From a virus: DNA of 64,000 nt. The DNA lies in IMG/VR virus record IMGVR_UViG_3300031576_000006, positions 32,001 to 96,000 of that record, one strand, 5' to 3'. Of the stretch, positions 34,291-44,600 are shown in pieces (the first letter of the stretch is position 1; each line of letters starts with the position of its first letter). Below the pieces are notes generated by a model that saw only the letters and a list, made by a program, of their open reading frames with translations, was not told the origin of the DNA and did no database searches. Made by a program: the position numbers and the translations under genes.

Positions 34291-36182
34291 TGGCGGCAAT
34301 TAAATTGATAAAGCCAAGTCATCCAGATAGTCATCAACAGGCTCCAAGTCCTATTGTATGTTTCTTACCTTTTACCTATCGAGATACTTATAATAATAAA
34401 AAAACATTCCCTGATGTAAGTATTACAGAGAAATCTCTTAGTATAGAAGAGCCAATTGTGGTAGTGAATGATGCCGTAAAAATTACAATAATGAACTCTA
34501 AGGCAAATGCCATAGATACTGCAGAAATTTTGCTCATGTCGGGCGATATTAATTATTCAGCAGCAATAGCCCCCGGAGATCATGCATTGATTTGGTTGGT
34601 CAACAATCAGGAAGATTATGAAAAAGTTTCAAACGACGTAAAAAACAATCGCGTATCTTTGAATGGCGAAAAGAGCGGCCTTAAATTTATCGGTAAGGTT
34701 AATTCAGTACGTCAAATCCTTCAAACTCAAGGGACAGACGGGAAAAAGTTTTATAAATTTAACGTTACTCTGTCTGGATTTTCAGAATTTCAAACACAGG
34801 TTTATTATAACGAGCTACTGAGTTCCGTTATAAATTCTGTTGATAAGAATGCCTCTAATGTCCAATTTTTTGCACAGATTAGTGAACAGTATCAGGATCT
34901 TTTTAAGTCTATTGAAAATGACGCTAGGTTACCTACGGAGGAATTAATTAAATTTTTTGTTGATGTGTTTATGGGTCCAGGGCCTAAAAACAATGCTTCG
35001 GTTATTGACAGTAAGCTAGTTCAAACTCCGAATGCAGCATTTCTTATTCCAACTGAACTTGCTAGATACTTGGGACTCGCCCTTGGAGAAAAGGCAGACA
35101 AAAGCCTCGGCTTTCAATATAGCGATATTTTACAACGAATTTTCGGATTACAAAGTTACAGCAGTAATAATATGTTTCCCGACCTGTTCCCTTCAGATCA
35201 TAACAATTATTTTAAATGTAGTCCGCTCAAGGGTGGAACTCTTATTCCTCCTGCAAACTTTAACAACATAAGTCTTTGGTCTATTTTACAGCAATTTGGC
35301 AACCCCGCACTAAATGAAATTTATACAACTTTGAAGTTTATTCCAAATAGGGGAATTATGCCTACGCTGGTTCTTAGACAGCTTCCATTTTCAACTCGAT
35401 TTCTTGCTAACCAATTTGGTCCTGACGAAATGACTCAGATAGCAAACCTGCCCAGATGGAAGTTAGATGATAATTACCCAGTGAGTCAATACAATCTTGG
35501 GACCTCCGACGCTGAGCGATTCAACTTCTTCCAGGTATATACTAATTCAATCTCAGATAATGATTCCCAGAGGGCCATACAACTTCAACTTATTCTTGGT
35601 AATGTGCGCACAGATCTTGCTGATATTATTAGATCCGGTCCCCGCATTCATTCTAGTACAAGCGATACGGAAGCTGCAGTAAAAGGTAAAACAATTGATT
35701 CAGCTGCCATTAATGAATGGGCAGATCTTATTGCTGATTTCTTTGCCAACGGACACCTCAAAATGAATGGTACAATTACTGTCGCCGGTATTCAAGATCC
35801 AATCGCCGTTGGTGATAATTTTCAATTTGATGGTAAGGTATTTCACATCGAAGGCATTCAGCACGTTTATGAAATAGAGCCCACTAAGGGCAATAAAGTT
35901 TTTCAAACAACCCTAATGTTGTCGCATGGTTATTATATTAATCCATCAACTGGAGAATTAAATTATATGACCGAACAAGTCAGGGAACGTGCGTTCCAGG
36001 CCGATAAGCATCTGCCTGGGTTTACAGATGAGGAAAGATATATAAATGATGTGCCAATATCATCAACTAATGATTCAGCCAATAAACCAACGCAATTACG
36101 GAAAAAGATTGAAACCTTCACAAATGATACTGTGACGAGCGCATCAAGTCGATTGAAGGGTAAATATGAAAATAAAGCATAA
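34290..36182 (+). CDS. baseplate hub protein (gp27-like)
   Basis: After TMP; FIGKVNSVR and NGTITVAG..DPIAVGDN...FHIEGIQH...TTLMLSHG hub-like C-terminus. Confidence 0.65.
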   Translation: MAAIKLIKPSHPDSHQQAPSPIVCFLPFTYRDTYNNKKTFPDVSITEKSLSIEEPIVVVNDAVKITIMNSKANAIDTAEILLMSGDINYSAAIAPGDHALIWLVNNQEDYEKVSNDVKNNRVSLNGEKSGLKFIGKVNSVRQILQTQGTDGKKFYKFNVTLSGFSEFQTQVYYNELLSSVINSVDKNASNVQFFAQISEQYQDLFKSIENDARLPTEELIKFFVDVFMGPGPKNNASVIDSKLVQTPNAAFLIPTELARYLGLALGEKADKSLGFQYSDILQRIFGLQSYSSNNMFPDLFPSDHNNYFKCSPLKGGTLIPPANFNNISLWSILQQFGNPALNEIYTTLKFIPNRGIMPTLVLRQLPFSTRFLANQFGPDEMTQIANLPRWKLDDNYPVSQYNLGTSDAERFNFFQVYTNSISDNDSQRAIQLQLILGNVRTDLADIIRSGPRIHSSTSDTEAAVKGKTIDSAAINEWADLIADFFANGHLKMNGTITVAGIQDPIAVGDNFQFDGKVFHIEGIQHVYEIEPTKGNKVFQTTLMLSHGYYINPSTGELNYMTEQVRERAFQADKHLPGFTDEERYINDVPISSTNDSANKPTQLRKKIETFTNDTVTSASSRLKGKYENKA

Positions 36183-36191
36183 GGAATTAAA

Positions 36192-37289
36192 ATGGGAATG
36201 ATACTAAGCGACGGATCGATATTACAGTCGGCATTAAGTTCAGCGCCAAAGACTAAAGCTAGCGACGTTTATAGAATGGACTTCGGCCTTAAGCGTGGCG
36301 TTGTAAAGGCTATATATTATCCTGATCAAAAAGAAAACGTAACTAAGCAATTCGTAGAATATGATGTAATTGTTATCGAAGAGCGTGCTGATGGTGCAGC
36401 TGCCACTGTAATTTATTCACGTTGCCAAACTATGGATAAATTCTGTACACCAAATGACTTCGAAACATTTGTTCTTCAGTCTAACTCAGAAAAAGATAAG
36501 GGCCGATATAAGCAAGGCGCTCAGGTTCTATTGTTGGCAATTAATGGTAATGCGGCTGCCGCTAAAGGTATCATTGTTGGTGGAGTATCTTATCCGTTCG
36601 CTACTAAGCCCCAACAGTCTGATGGTAAATATTACGAATCACAATTCAATGGCCTCAATGTAAAAATCGATAAAGACGGTCAATACTCTCTGACATTCAA
36701 TTCTCCTATCGATGTGAACCGCAAGAAGACTAACGCTAAGGCTGCTGGTACTAAGATGGAGATCTTCAAAGACGGTCGTATGAAGATGAGCGATAACGAA
36801 GGTCAGTATTGGGAGATTGACAGAGCCAATCAAAAATCCATATGGGCTAACGGTGCAGAGTCAATTATCATCGACAAAAAGAACAAGAAAATCGATCTCG
36901 TCACTAGTGGTACAATGAGCGAAACTATTAAAGACTCTAAGACCACAATGGTTACCAACAAAGATCATTCGATTGAAACTGCCAGCGGATCTATCATAGA
37001 GAAATCTGGCAAAGATATCAATCGCGAAGCTAAAGCTAATATCATAGAGAAGGCTGGAGCCAATTGGATGTTCGAAGCTGGTGCCAATGTGATCATTAAG
37101 TCCGGTGGTAACGTCCAAATCCAGGCAAGCGGTAATGCTCAACTTAAAGGTGTATTGAATCTTATTGGTGACGGATCAGTTCTTGCGGCTGGTGTCGGTA
37201 TCAGTCAGTGTTTTGGAATCGGTAATCTTGGCGGACCTGTCATGAGCAATATTATAACTGGATCTTCTACGGTCCTCATAGGTGCATAA
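36192..37289 (+). CDS. baseplate central spike (gp5/gpV-like)
   Basis: N-terminal OB-like region, beta-helix repeats, PAAR-like end IITGSSTVLIG. Confidence 0.7.
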   Translation: MGMILSDGSILQSALSSAPKTKASDVYRMDFGLKRGVVKAIYYPDQKENVTKQFVEYDVIVIEERADGAAATVIYSRCQTMDKFCTPNDFETFVLQSNSEKDKGRYKQGAQVLLLAINGNAAAAKGIIVGGVSYPFATKPQQSDGKYYESQFNGLNVKIDKDGQYSLTFNSPIDVNRKKTNAKAAGTKMEIFKDGRMKMSDNEGQYWEIDRANQKSIWANGAESIIIDKKNKKIDLVTSGTMSETIKDSKTTMVTNKDHSIETASGSIIEKSGKDINREAKANIIEKAGANWMFEAGANVIIKSGGNVQIQASGNAQLKGVLNLIGDGSVLAAGVGISQCFGIGNLGGPVMSNIITGSSTVLIGA

Positions 37290-37516
37290 TGATTTTCAAT
37301 ATAAAAAATACACAGGGTAAGAAAGTCAAAGTCTTCGATCCCCTCGGAAACATAATCAAGAGTGCTGTATATTATTGCGCCATTACACGGGAGGTAAGAT
37401 TTTTAGCAAACTCCCTAAAGTACCCCACTAAAATCGCCATTCGCGATGGGAAGCCTATAATCATCACGGCGATTTGGGAAAACTCTTGGATTGAAGTCGA
37501 TGGAGTCAGATATTAA
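37289..37516 (+). CDS. small hypothetical protein
   Basis: TAATG coupling on both sides. Confidence 0.55.
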   Translation: MIFNIKNTQGKKVKVFDPLGNIIKSAVYYCAITREVRFLANSLKYPTKIAIRDGKPIIITAIWENSWIEVDGVRY

Positions 37517-39027
37517 TGCCAATTAGTTTTACAGCTGCAGAGAGAAAAGCTATAACTCGACGCCAAATCAGAATTGCTTTGGAGAATTCGGGCTTTGCTT
37601 TGTCTATCGCCGCGTTCGCCGGTCAGAGCATAGCCTTATTGCAGGTAGATGTGGCCAACACTGTGTTCTATGATTTCTATAATGGTATCGTCGAAGCATA
37701 TGAAGGTGAAGGCCGGAAGATGAATGGATTAATTCCTTCACTCTATACTGGTGCCGATATTATTTCGAACGCACAAACACCAAACTTAGATCCCTTTTTT
37801 CCAATGACTCCTGCTCCTTCATATATTCGGAACCTTCCACTAATTCAAGATGGTACACATACGAACAATAAAGTGAAGGGTTTCTTCCATCCCACGGGAA
37901 CTGATGCTAGGTACGAGCAAAATATCCTGAGCAATGGAACTGTCTATGATGGACTCACAGAAATGATCTTCCGGCTTAATAACGGTATATCTGGCGGTGG
38001 AGCTACAACTACAACAACTACGGCAATTTCTGCCGGTGTTCAAACTGGCGTAGTTTTAACTGTAGCTGTTACAACCGGCTTTTCAAATGGTGAACTTGTA
38101 TATATAAACAATGGTGCCGCCTCTGGAATTTATCTCATAACTGGGATAGTACCTGCAACGAGTATTACCGTTAGTAGTGTAGTTCATACGCAGACTGGAA
38201 TAGCATCAGGAGCAACTATAAAAAATACAGTTGCAGCTTTTACAAACACCGAACGAGAGAACTTAACGTCCAGTCTGTATCAGGAAATACTTACAAATAT
38301 CACAAATAGAATCCTTTCACTCATTTCTGAATGGGAGACTAATCTTAACTTCCAGGTTACGTTCATTACCGGTAATGATGACGATAGGGCTACTCAGGTT
38401 ACTCAGAATACTGCAGCTTTGGCTGATGTAAATAATGCAAAGTCGATCATCGATATTTGGCAGGCATTGGCCAGTACCGGCGTTGGTGCCAAATATACAT
38501 CAGTCGGAATCGCTCCAATCTCCGCAGAAATTACAGCTAGAGCAACTTTTATCTCCGCACGTCTTGCGGAGATTGCAACCGCATTAGGTGGAACATCAGG
38601 TGATACTTTGTTTCAATCAGGCGATACATTTGGAACAAACAGCGCAGGTAATCCATATTTCAATCGATATAAGTGGTTGAACTTCAGAATCAATAGGGCT
38701 TCAGGATCTCTTCGAAGGTACTATGCCGCAACTCAATCTCAAGGGGCCGTACAGGAATTGTATGCGACGAATGTTTCCCTTCAGAGTGAATACGATTCAT
38801 ATTTCTTAACGAAATCGGTCGTATTTAACGATGGCAGTGCAATTCTTCACATTAAGGATTTGGCTGGATTAGCGCCAAGTGACTCTTTGACTGTTGTTTC
38901 AGAAACACAGCCTGAGATTTCAAGGACTATAGTTTCTTTAATGGGAACCACACAAATACAACTTAACGCGCCAGTTCCCAAAACATACAAAACAGATGAT
39001 ATTGCGAGAATATTCAAGACTTTATAA
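37516..39027 (+). CDS. putative baseplate/tail structural protein
   Basis: Located within the baseplate operon; Thr/Ala-rich. Confidence 0.5.
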   Translation: MPISFTAAERKAITRRQIRIALENSGFALSIAAFAGQSIALLQVDVANTVFYDFYNGIVEAYEGEGRKMNGLIPSLYTGADIISNAQTPNLDPFFPMTPAPSYIRNLPLIQDGTHTNNKVKGFFHPTGTDARYEQNILSNGTVYDGLTEMIFRLNNGISGGGATTTTTTAISAGVQTGVVLTVAVTTGFSNGELVYINNGAASGIYLITGIVPATSITVSSVVHTQTGIASGATIKNTVAAFTNTERENLTSSLYQEILTNITNRILSLISEWETNLNFQVTFITGNDDDRATQVTQNTAALADVNNAKSIIDIWQALASTGVGAKYTSVGIAPISAEITARATFISARLAEIATALGGTSGDTLFQSGDTFGTNSAGNPYFNRYKWLNFRINRASGSLRRYYAATQSQGAVQELYATNVSLQSEYDSYFLTKSVVFNDGSAILHIKDLAGLAPSDSLTVVSETQPEISRTIVSLMGTTQIQLNAPVPKTYKTDDIARIFKTL

Positions 39028-39035
39028 GGTGAATT

Positions 39036-41504
39036 ATGGGTATAACAGACGATTTTGGTAATCAAGTTAGAAAACAGGCTAATCAGAAATTTGGAATTGA
39101 TAAGGGTTTTATACGCGGAATCAATGAAATTGCAGCAGGTAACGGAGTTTCTTCGACAGATTTAGGATCTGTTATTGGTCAAATGCAAATTCTGGCTGGA
39201 TTAAATTATAGCCAGTCGATCATGATGCGCGGACTCGATCTTGCTCGCATCGATGCATCTGATTGGAATCGCTTATTTCCATATAAATTTGTAATATTAA
39301 GTGCTTCAGAAGATGGCGGATATAAACTTCATCGTGGTTTGGAAGTTACCCTTCCACTTACACCACAAGATTTACAAATTACATCACAGTTCGCTTCTGT
39401 ACTAGAAGTAGCCAGTCGTGGTATTAACGAGACGCACAATGGATTACGAGTTAAGAATATAAATTTTACGGCCTCCACCGGCATCCTTATAACTCGTCCA
39501 ACATTTACGCTCGAAGATAAGGTAGACAGTAATATTCAAGCTATTTTTGGTGGAACAGTACAGGCGGTCAATGGATTTCTTAATGCCGTTTCTTCTGTAT
39601 TTCCTAGCTCACAGGCCCAGTTATCGGATGTTGGTAGTAATGAATTAATATTTAATGGATATTATCAATATCATGCAATCAAAGCATTTCTTGAGTTGTA
39701 CGCAGATTTAAAAAGTAAACCGAAAGGGCAAGGGTATCGTCTTGGATTAGAACTTGGCAAAGATCGAGTAGTTTATTTAATTACCCCACAATCATTCGTA
39801 ACTAAAAAAAATGCTGCTTCTCCGATGGAACATATTTACACCTTCTCAGGTGTTGCGTGGGGAACTGTAACCGACATTGGATTATCACAGGGTAAAGATG
39901 CTGAAAAGTTCCTTGGAAGCTCAACTTCTGACATCCAGGATATCCTCAACGGGCTCCGCAATGTTCGCAGGGTATTTCAAAGTGCAAAGGATATTATATC
40001 TGCCGCAAAGACAGATGTTGAAACGAATATTTTTGGTCCTATTAATAATATCATACTGTCTCTCAAGGAGGCAGCTTCGATCCCTCAGACCATTGCTGAC
40101 TTTCCAGGCGAGCTTCAAAAATCATTTCAATCAACTATTGTAAAACAATCCGACACATTATCATCATTACTTCCAGGATCACTACAGGCTTCGTTCAAGG
40201 CTGCCGTTGCACCATCTCTTGCTGAGTCTAGCAATACTGGATCTGTGTCAGGTGTTGTAGTCACCAAAGCATCAATTCTTCAAGATATAGATTTTACAGA
40301 TGCAATTCCGGTTAACGGAATAACACTTACACCCGAACAGCAACAAGCGGTTCAGACTGCAATAGATAATGCTGTAAATACTTCAAATAGCGATCTTAAG
40401 TCATTAATCGAGAATATCCAAACCATGTCAGATACATTGGAAGATTCAGCGTTAACTCAAGGTATCGACAGTCCATCATGGGATATTTTATATTCCGCTG
40501 CCGAAAGTACCACTCACCTTTATGCATTACTGTCAGATAACTTCTTTGGCGTTGCGACGGTTGGTCAACAGGCCGCTGGCGTTAATCCGCTTATCGATTT
40601 TTATCAGGGCTATGCAGCTACCGGTGGAATTGAGTTTACTAAGAGCCAATCTAAATTTGCAATACCATTTCCATTCAAAGTTACACTCGAATGGCTATCT
40701 CAGAAATATCTTGGAGATGCAACTAGATGGCTTGAGATTGTTGCTGCGAATAATTTACAACCTCCATACATAGATGAGGATGGATTTACCAGAAGCTTTT
40801 TAACTAACGGCCAGGACAGACAGTTCAATATAAGCGATGGCAGTAACCTATTCGCTAATCAGTCGGTCTGGATTTTTTCAGATACCAAACCTATGCAAAA
40901 GCGAAGGATCAAGGCCATTCAGAAGGTGACAGATACAAATTTTATCATTACTGTAGACGGGGAAAGCGATTTAGGAACTTTCACTCTGGCCGACAAAGCC
41001 AAGATGAAGAGTTACTTGCCAAATACCGTCAACAGTCAAAAGCTGATATATATCCCGATCGATCAACCTTCAAACTTTTCTGGCGTCCAAAACACTCCGA
41101 TTACGTTCATCGATGAATCTCCTGAAATGTTAGCAATGGCCAAAGTTGATCTATTACTTGATCAAAACGGAGATTTAGCCGTATCGCAGGATGGATTTCA
41201 GAACTTGGCCTTTGGCAAGAACAACCTGATCCAAGCAGCTAAAATCAAAATGAAGGCTGTCGCCGGTCAGCTATTGCTACATCCTGAATTTGGAGCCGGA
41301 GTTGAAGTAGGTACATCAGAGGCGGATTTTTCACTAGAGGTACTGGTTTCTAAGATTAAAGACTCTTTCGCTGATGACCCGCGATTTCAGTCTGTGGACA
41401 GGGTAGAGATACAGCAAGAGCCCGGAGTTGTAAGGATGACTGTAATTGTTACAGTTGCCGATAATCAAGGTATAGTGCCGATCAGCTACGAGTTTTCAAA
41501 ATAA
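39036..41504 (+). CDS. multidomain baseplate protein: tube-initiator-like N-terminus, LysM-like domain, gp25-like C-terminus
   Basis: TLEWLSQKYLGDATRWLEIVAANNLQPPYI (LysM/tail X-like); DLLLDQNGDL...NLIQA...LLLHPEFG...DDPRF (gp25-like). Confidence 0.65.
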   Translation: MGITDDFGNQVRKQANQKFGIDKGFIRGINEIAAGNGVSSTDLGSVIGQMQILAGLNYSQSIMMRGLDLARIDASDWNRLFPYKFVILSASEDGGYKLHRGLEVTLPLTPQDLQITSQFASVLEVASRGINETHNGLRVKNINFTASTGILITRPTFTLEDKVDSNIQAIFGGTVQAVNGFLNAVSSVFPSSQAQLSDVGSNELIFNGYYQYHAIKAFLELYADLKSKPKGQGYRLGLELGKDRVVYLITPQSFVTKKNAASPMEHIYTFSGVAWGTVTDIGLSQGKDAEKFLGSSTSDIQDILNGLRNVRRVFQSAKDIISAAKTDVETNIFGPINNIILSLKEAASIPQTIADFPGELQKSFQSTIVKQSDTLSSLLPGSLQASFKAAVAPSLAESSNTGSVSGVVVTKASILQDIDFTDAIPVNGITLTPEQQQAVQTAIDNAVNTSNSDLKSLIENIQTMSDTLEDSALTQGIDSPSWDILYSAAESTTHLYALLSDNFFGVATVGQQAAGVNPLIDFYQGYAATGGIEFTKSQSKFAIPFPFKVTLEWLSQKYLGDATRWLEIVAANNLQPPYIDEDGFTRSFLTNGQDRQFNISDGSNLFANQSVWIFSDTKPMQKRRIKAIQKVTDTNFIITVDGESDLGTFTLADKAKMKSYLPNTVNSQKLIYIPIDQPSNFSGVQNTPITFIDESPEMLAMAKVDLLLDQNGDLAVSQDGFQNLAFGKNNLIQAAKIKMKAVAGQLLLHPEFGAGVEVGTSEADFSLEVLVSKIKDSFADDPRFQSVDRVEIQQEPGVVRMTVIVTVADNQGIVPISYEFSK

Positions 41505-41551
41505 AGTTAGGTAAGAATGTCTATATCTAACCTTGGTATTTTATGAATATA

Positions 41552-41581
41552 ATCGCTAGCTTAGGTCAAAAACTTAATAAT
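41552..41581 (+). promoter_or_regulatory. putative late promoter (copy 5)
   Basis: ATCGCTAGCTTAGGTCAAAAACTTAATAAT. Confidence 0.7.
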
Positions 41582-41632
41582 AAACTACCCTCCCCACTTC
41601 TATCTTCAAATAAATTACATTATAGGAATTAA

Positions 41633-44600
41633 ATGGCAACGCCAGTAACTCGTAGTTTTCGACAAATCTTCAAGGATATGGTTCGCCAGTACGTATTCAC
41701 ATCCGGCGTAACCGACCTTAATAAGGGTTCGGCCAATAGATCTACCCTAGAAGCAGCTGCTTTATCTGACTTTAAGACTCAGGGCGATATTATGGCTGCT
41801 CTGGCATCAGTTGATATCGATCGTGCAGAAGATTCCGATCTGGATAAGATTGGGTTCGCAGCTAAGGTTCCGCGCCCACAGGCCAGAGAATCCAATGGTA
41901 TTGTTACTATATATCAAAAGAATTTCACCAAAATATCTACAAAGGTCTATCAAGGTACTGCCGCACCTCCAGCCGGTTCTGCTACTTTAAATATAGCCGA
42001 TTCTGCCGGGCTTCCTGCCTCAGGATCTGTTTATATCGGTCGAGGAACAAATAACCTCGAAGGTCCTATAGCCTATAGCTCTATTCTATCTCTTGGATCT
42101 TTTTTCCAACTAGTTCTAGTAACCCCGACCACTAAGAATCATAACGTAGGCGAATCTGTAATTCTTGCACAAGGCGGCAATCGCGCAGTCGGTGCTGGTG
42201 CTATTGTCCAAACAAAATCCACACTTACTTCACAATCGGTCACATTTAGGACAATTAATTCAGTAACACTTCTCGATGGCGAGATGGAATTGAAAGATGT
42301 TCCTGTAATTTGCACACAGGTTGGAAAGATTGGAAATGTTACAGCTAACGCAATTGTAGAATTTGCGAGTGAGCCATTTCCTAATGCGGCCTCAGTAAAT
42401 CCACTTGGGTTTGTATCTGGCCGTGATGTAATGTCTAATATCGATTATCGAGAACTCATAAAGAAATCAGAGCAATCTCGTGTAAAGGGTACGGATGAAG
42501 CCATTAAATTAGCCGCTAACGGCGTCCAATCGACAGATGATAATCAAACTGTTACTTCGGCTGAAATCCGTAAGCCTGCTAATCGTGGAGAACCTTCCAT
42601 TCTCTTCTTAGATAACTCCACCGGCTATCAACCTATCTTCAAGGGTCAGGGTTTTGAACAGATTATCGATAGCGCAAACGGCGGCGAGAAATATTTACAA
42701 CTTCAACGTGAAGATGTTGTTCGCGCAACCGTTGTATCGTCTATTGAAACACCATTCGCTATTACTGGTGGAATGACTCTATCTGTTAAGGTCGGCGGCG
42801 TTTTAAGTGAGCACATATTTAATGCTTCAGATTTTTTAACAGAAGGTGCAGCTGACACATTTGAGGTTATCAATTCAATAAACAATAATCCAACCCTATT
42901 ATTCAATGCTCGTGGATTCAGCAACAGCAGGAAGATTGTAATATTTTCTAGATCATTCAAAAATGAGGATATGCAGGTAGCCGTTCCTAGCGCAGGAGTT
43001 GACGCAAATGAATTCCTTGGCTTTCCTAAGACACTAACATATTCGCTACGCTTATATAAAAACGATGACCTGCTGATTAAAGACGGAATTATTCCTACAA
43101 TATACTCGAACGCTCAAAATACTTGGAACAGTTCTATTACCAACGGTGCAACTCTAAAAGTCAAGGTTGATCAAACAAGTTTTCAGGCCATTACATTACT
43201 TGACGCCGATTTCGTACCGTTTGGTTATGCTACCGTCAACAAAGATAATGCACTTTCAGCCTGGGCTTCTGTTTTGACAACTAAACTCGCAGGTGTAACC
43301 GTGTCCGTCGAGGGCAATAAACTAAAAATGGTATCCAACCTTGGCGCAAACGATAGCGCACGACTAGAAGTTAGTGACAGTCTTGTTGCTAACAGCTTAG
43401 CTCAGGGCGACAATATGTTTGAACCTGAGGTATCTCAGGGCGTAACATCAGACTATTCCTTCAACAGATCTACCGGTCAAGAAGAACTCGCCGCTGTAGC
43501 AGCAACTAATGATGTATTTACAGCTGGATCTAGATTTACTCGCGGATTTATCGACTCTGGAATTTTTACATCAGGCTCTTTGACACTTACAGCTTCGCCC
43601 GTTCCTAAACTTTATTTCATTGTGGATCAAGAAGCTGCTCGCATAAGCGTAAGCCTTTCAAATACTATCACAGTTTCAGTTACTAATCCTTCTTCCAATG
43701 TTTGGCGTTACACATTTTCAGTAGCCGGTGTAATTACTGGAGTACTTAGAGATGATATTGTTATTATTACAGATAACACAACTTTATCGGCCAACAATGA
43801 AGGTCACTGGAGAGTGAACGCAGTGGACGGCGCTGGAACTTGGTTCGAGGTAGTAAAAACTACAGGAACGATTGAAGGTCCAATTACACTCACGGGTGGA
43901 AGTGATTTTATTTTCGTTAGATCCCCCTTCGGAGAAGTTCAAAGTGTTGATCTTCCGAGCGGATTACAAACCCTTACTGCTTTGTCTAATACAATCAGGA
44001 CTCTTCAAGGATTAACTGCTGAAGTTATTGGTGGAAGAAAGATCAGAGTATCTACGTTGTCGTTTGATCCAGACGTAGGTCACATCTTCCTGGCCGGTGA
44101 GAACACTAATGCTACTACTCTTGGCTTCGTCATAGGTGATTCCGATACATCCGAGATTAGCCACACAGCCTTTAATACAAGTCAAAAGGACCTTACCTTC
44201 ATAGAATTCTTTCATGACTCTTTCGCAACTGGTGATTCATCTACTCCATATACATCTGTCACAACTACTGTCAATCTTGACACTGCCGGGTATGAACCAA
44301 ATAATAAAATTGGATTTCTAAACCCATATGGTACAAAAATATCCTCTAATCGCAAAATGAACACAGATATTGACAATATCAATGGTGTAACCCTTTCATT
44401 GCGTGACTCTGCTAAGCTCCGTGAAATTATTGCAAGCGATCGTTATTATACTGGCATACCATTCAACTTTAATGCGTTGGATAATATGGTCGTAGTGCTT
44501 GACAGCGACACGATAAACAAAACTTTCAATATAAAGATGGGTCGTCTTGCTAAGATTTACAGTTCTCCCAATGCATCTACATTTAAGGCATACGACTTAG

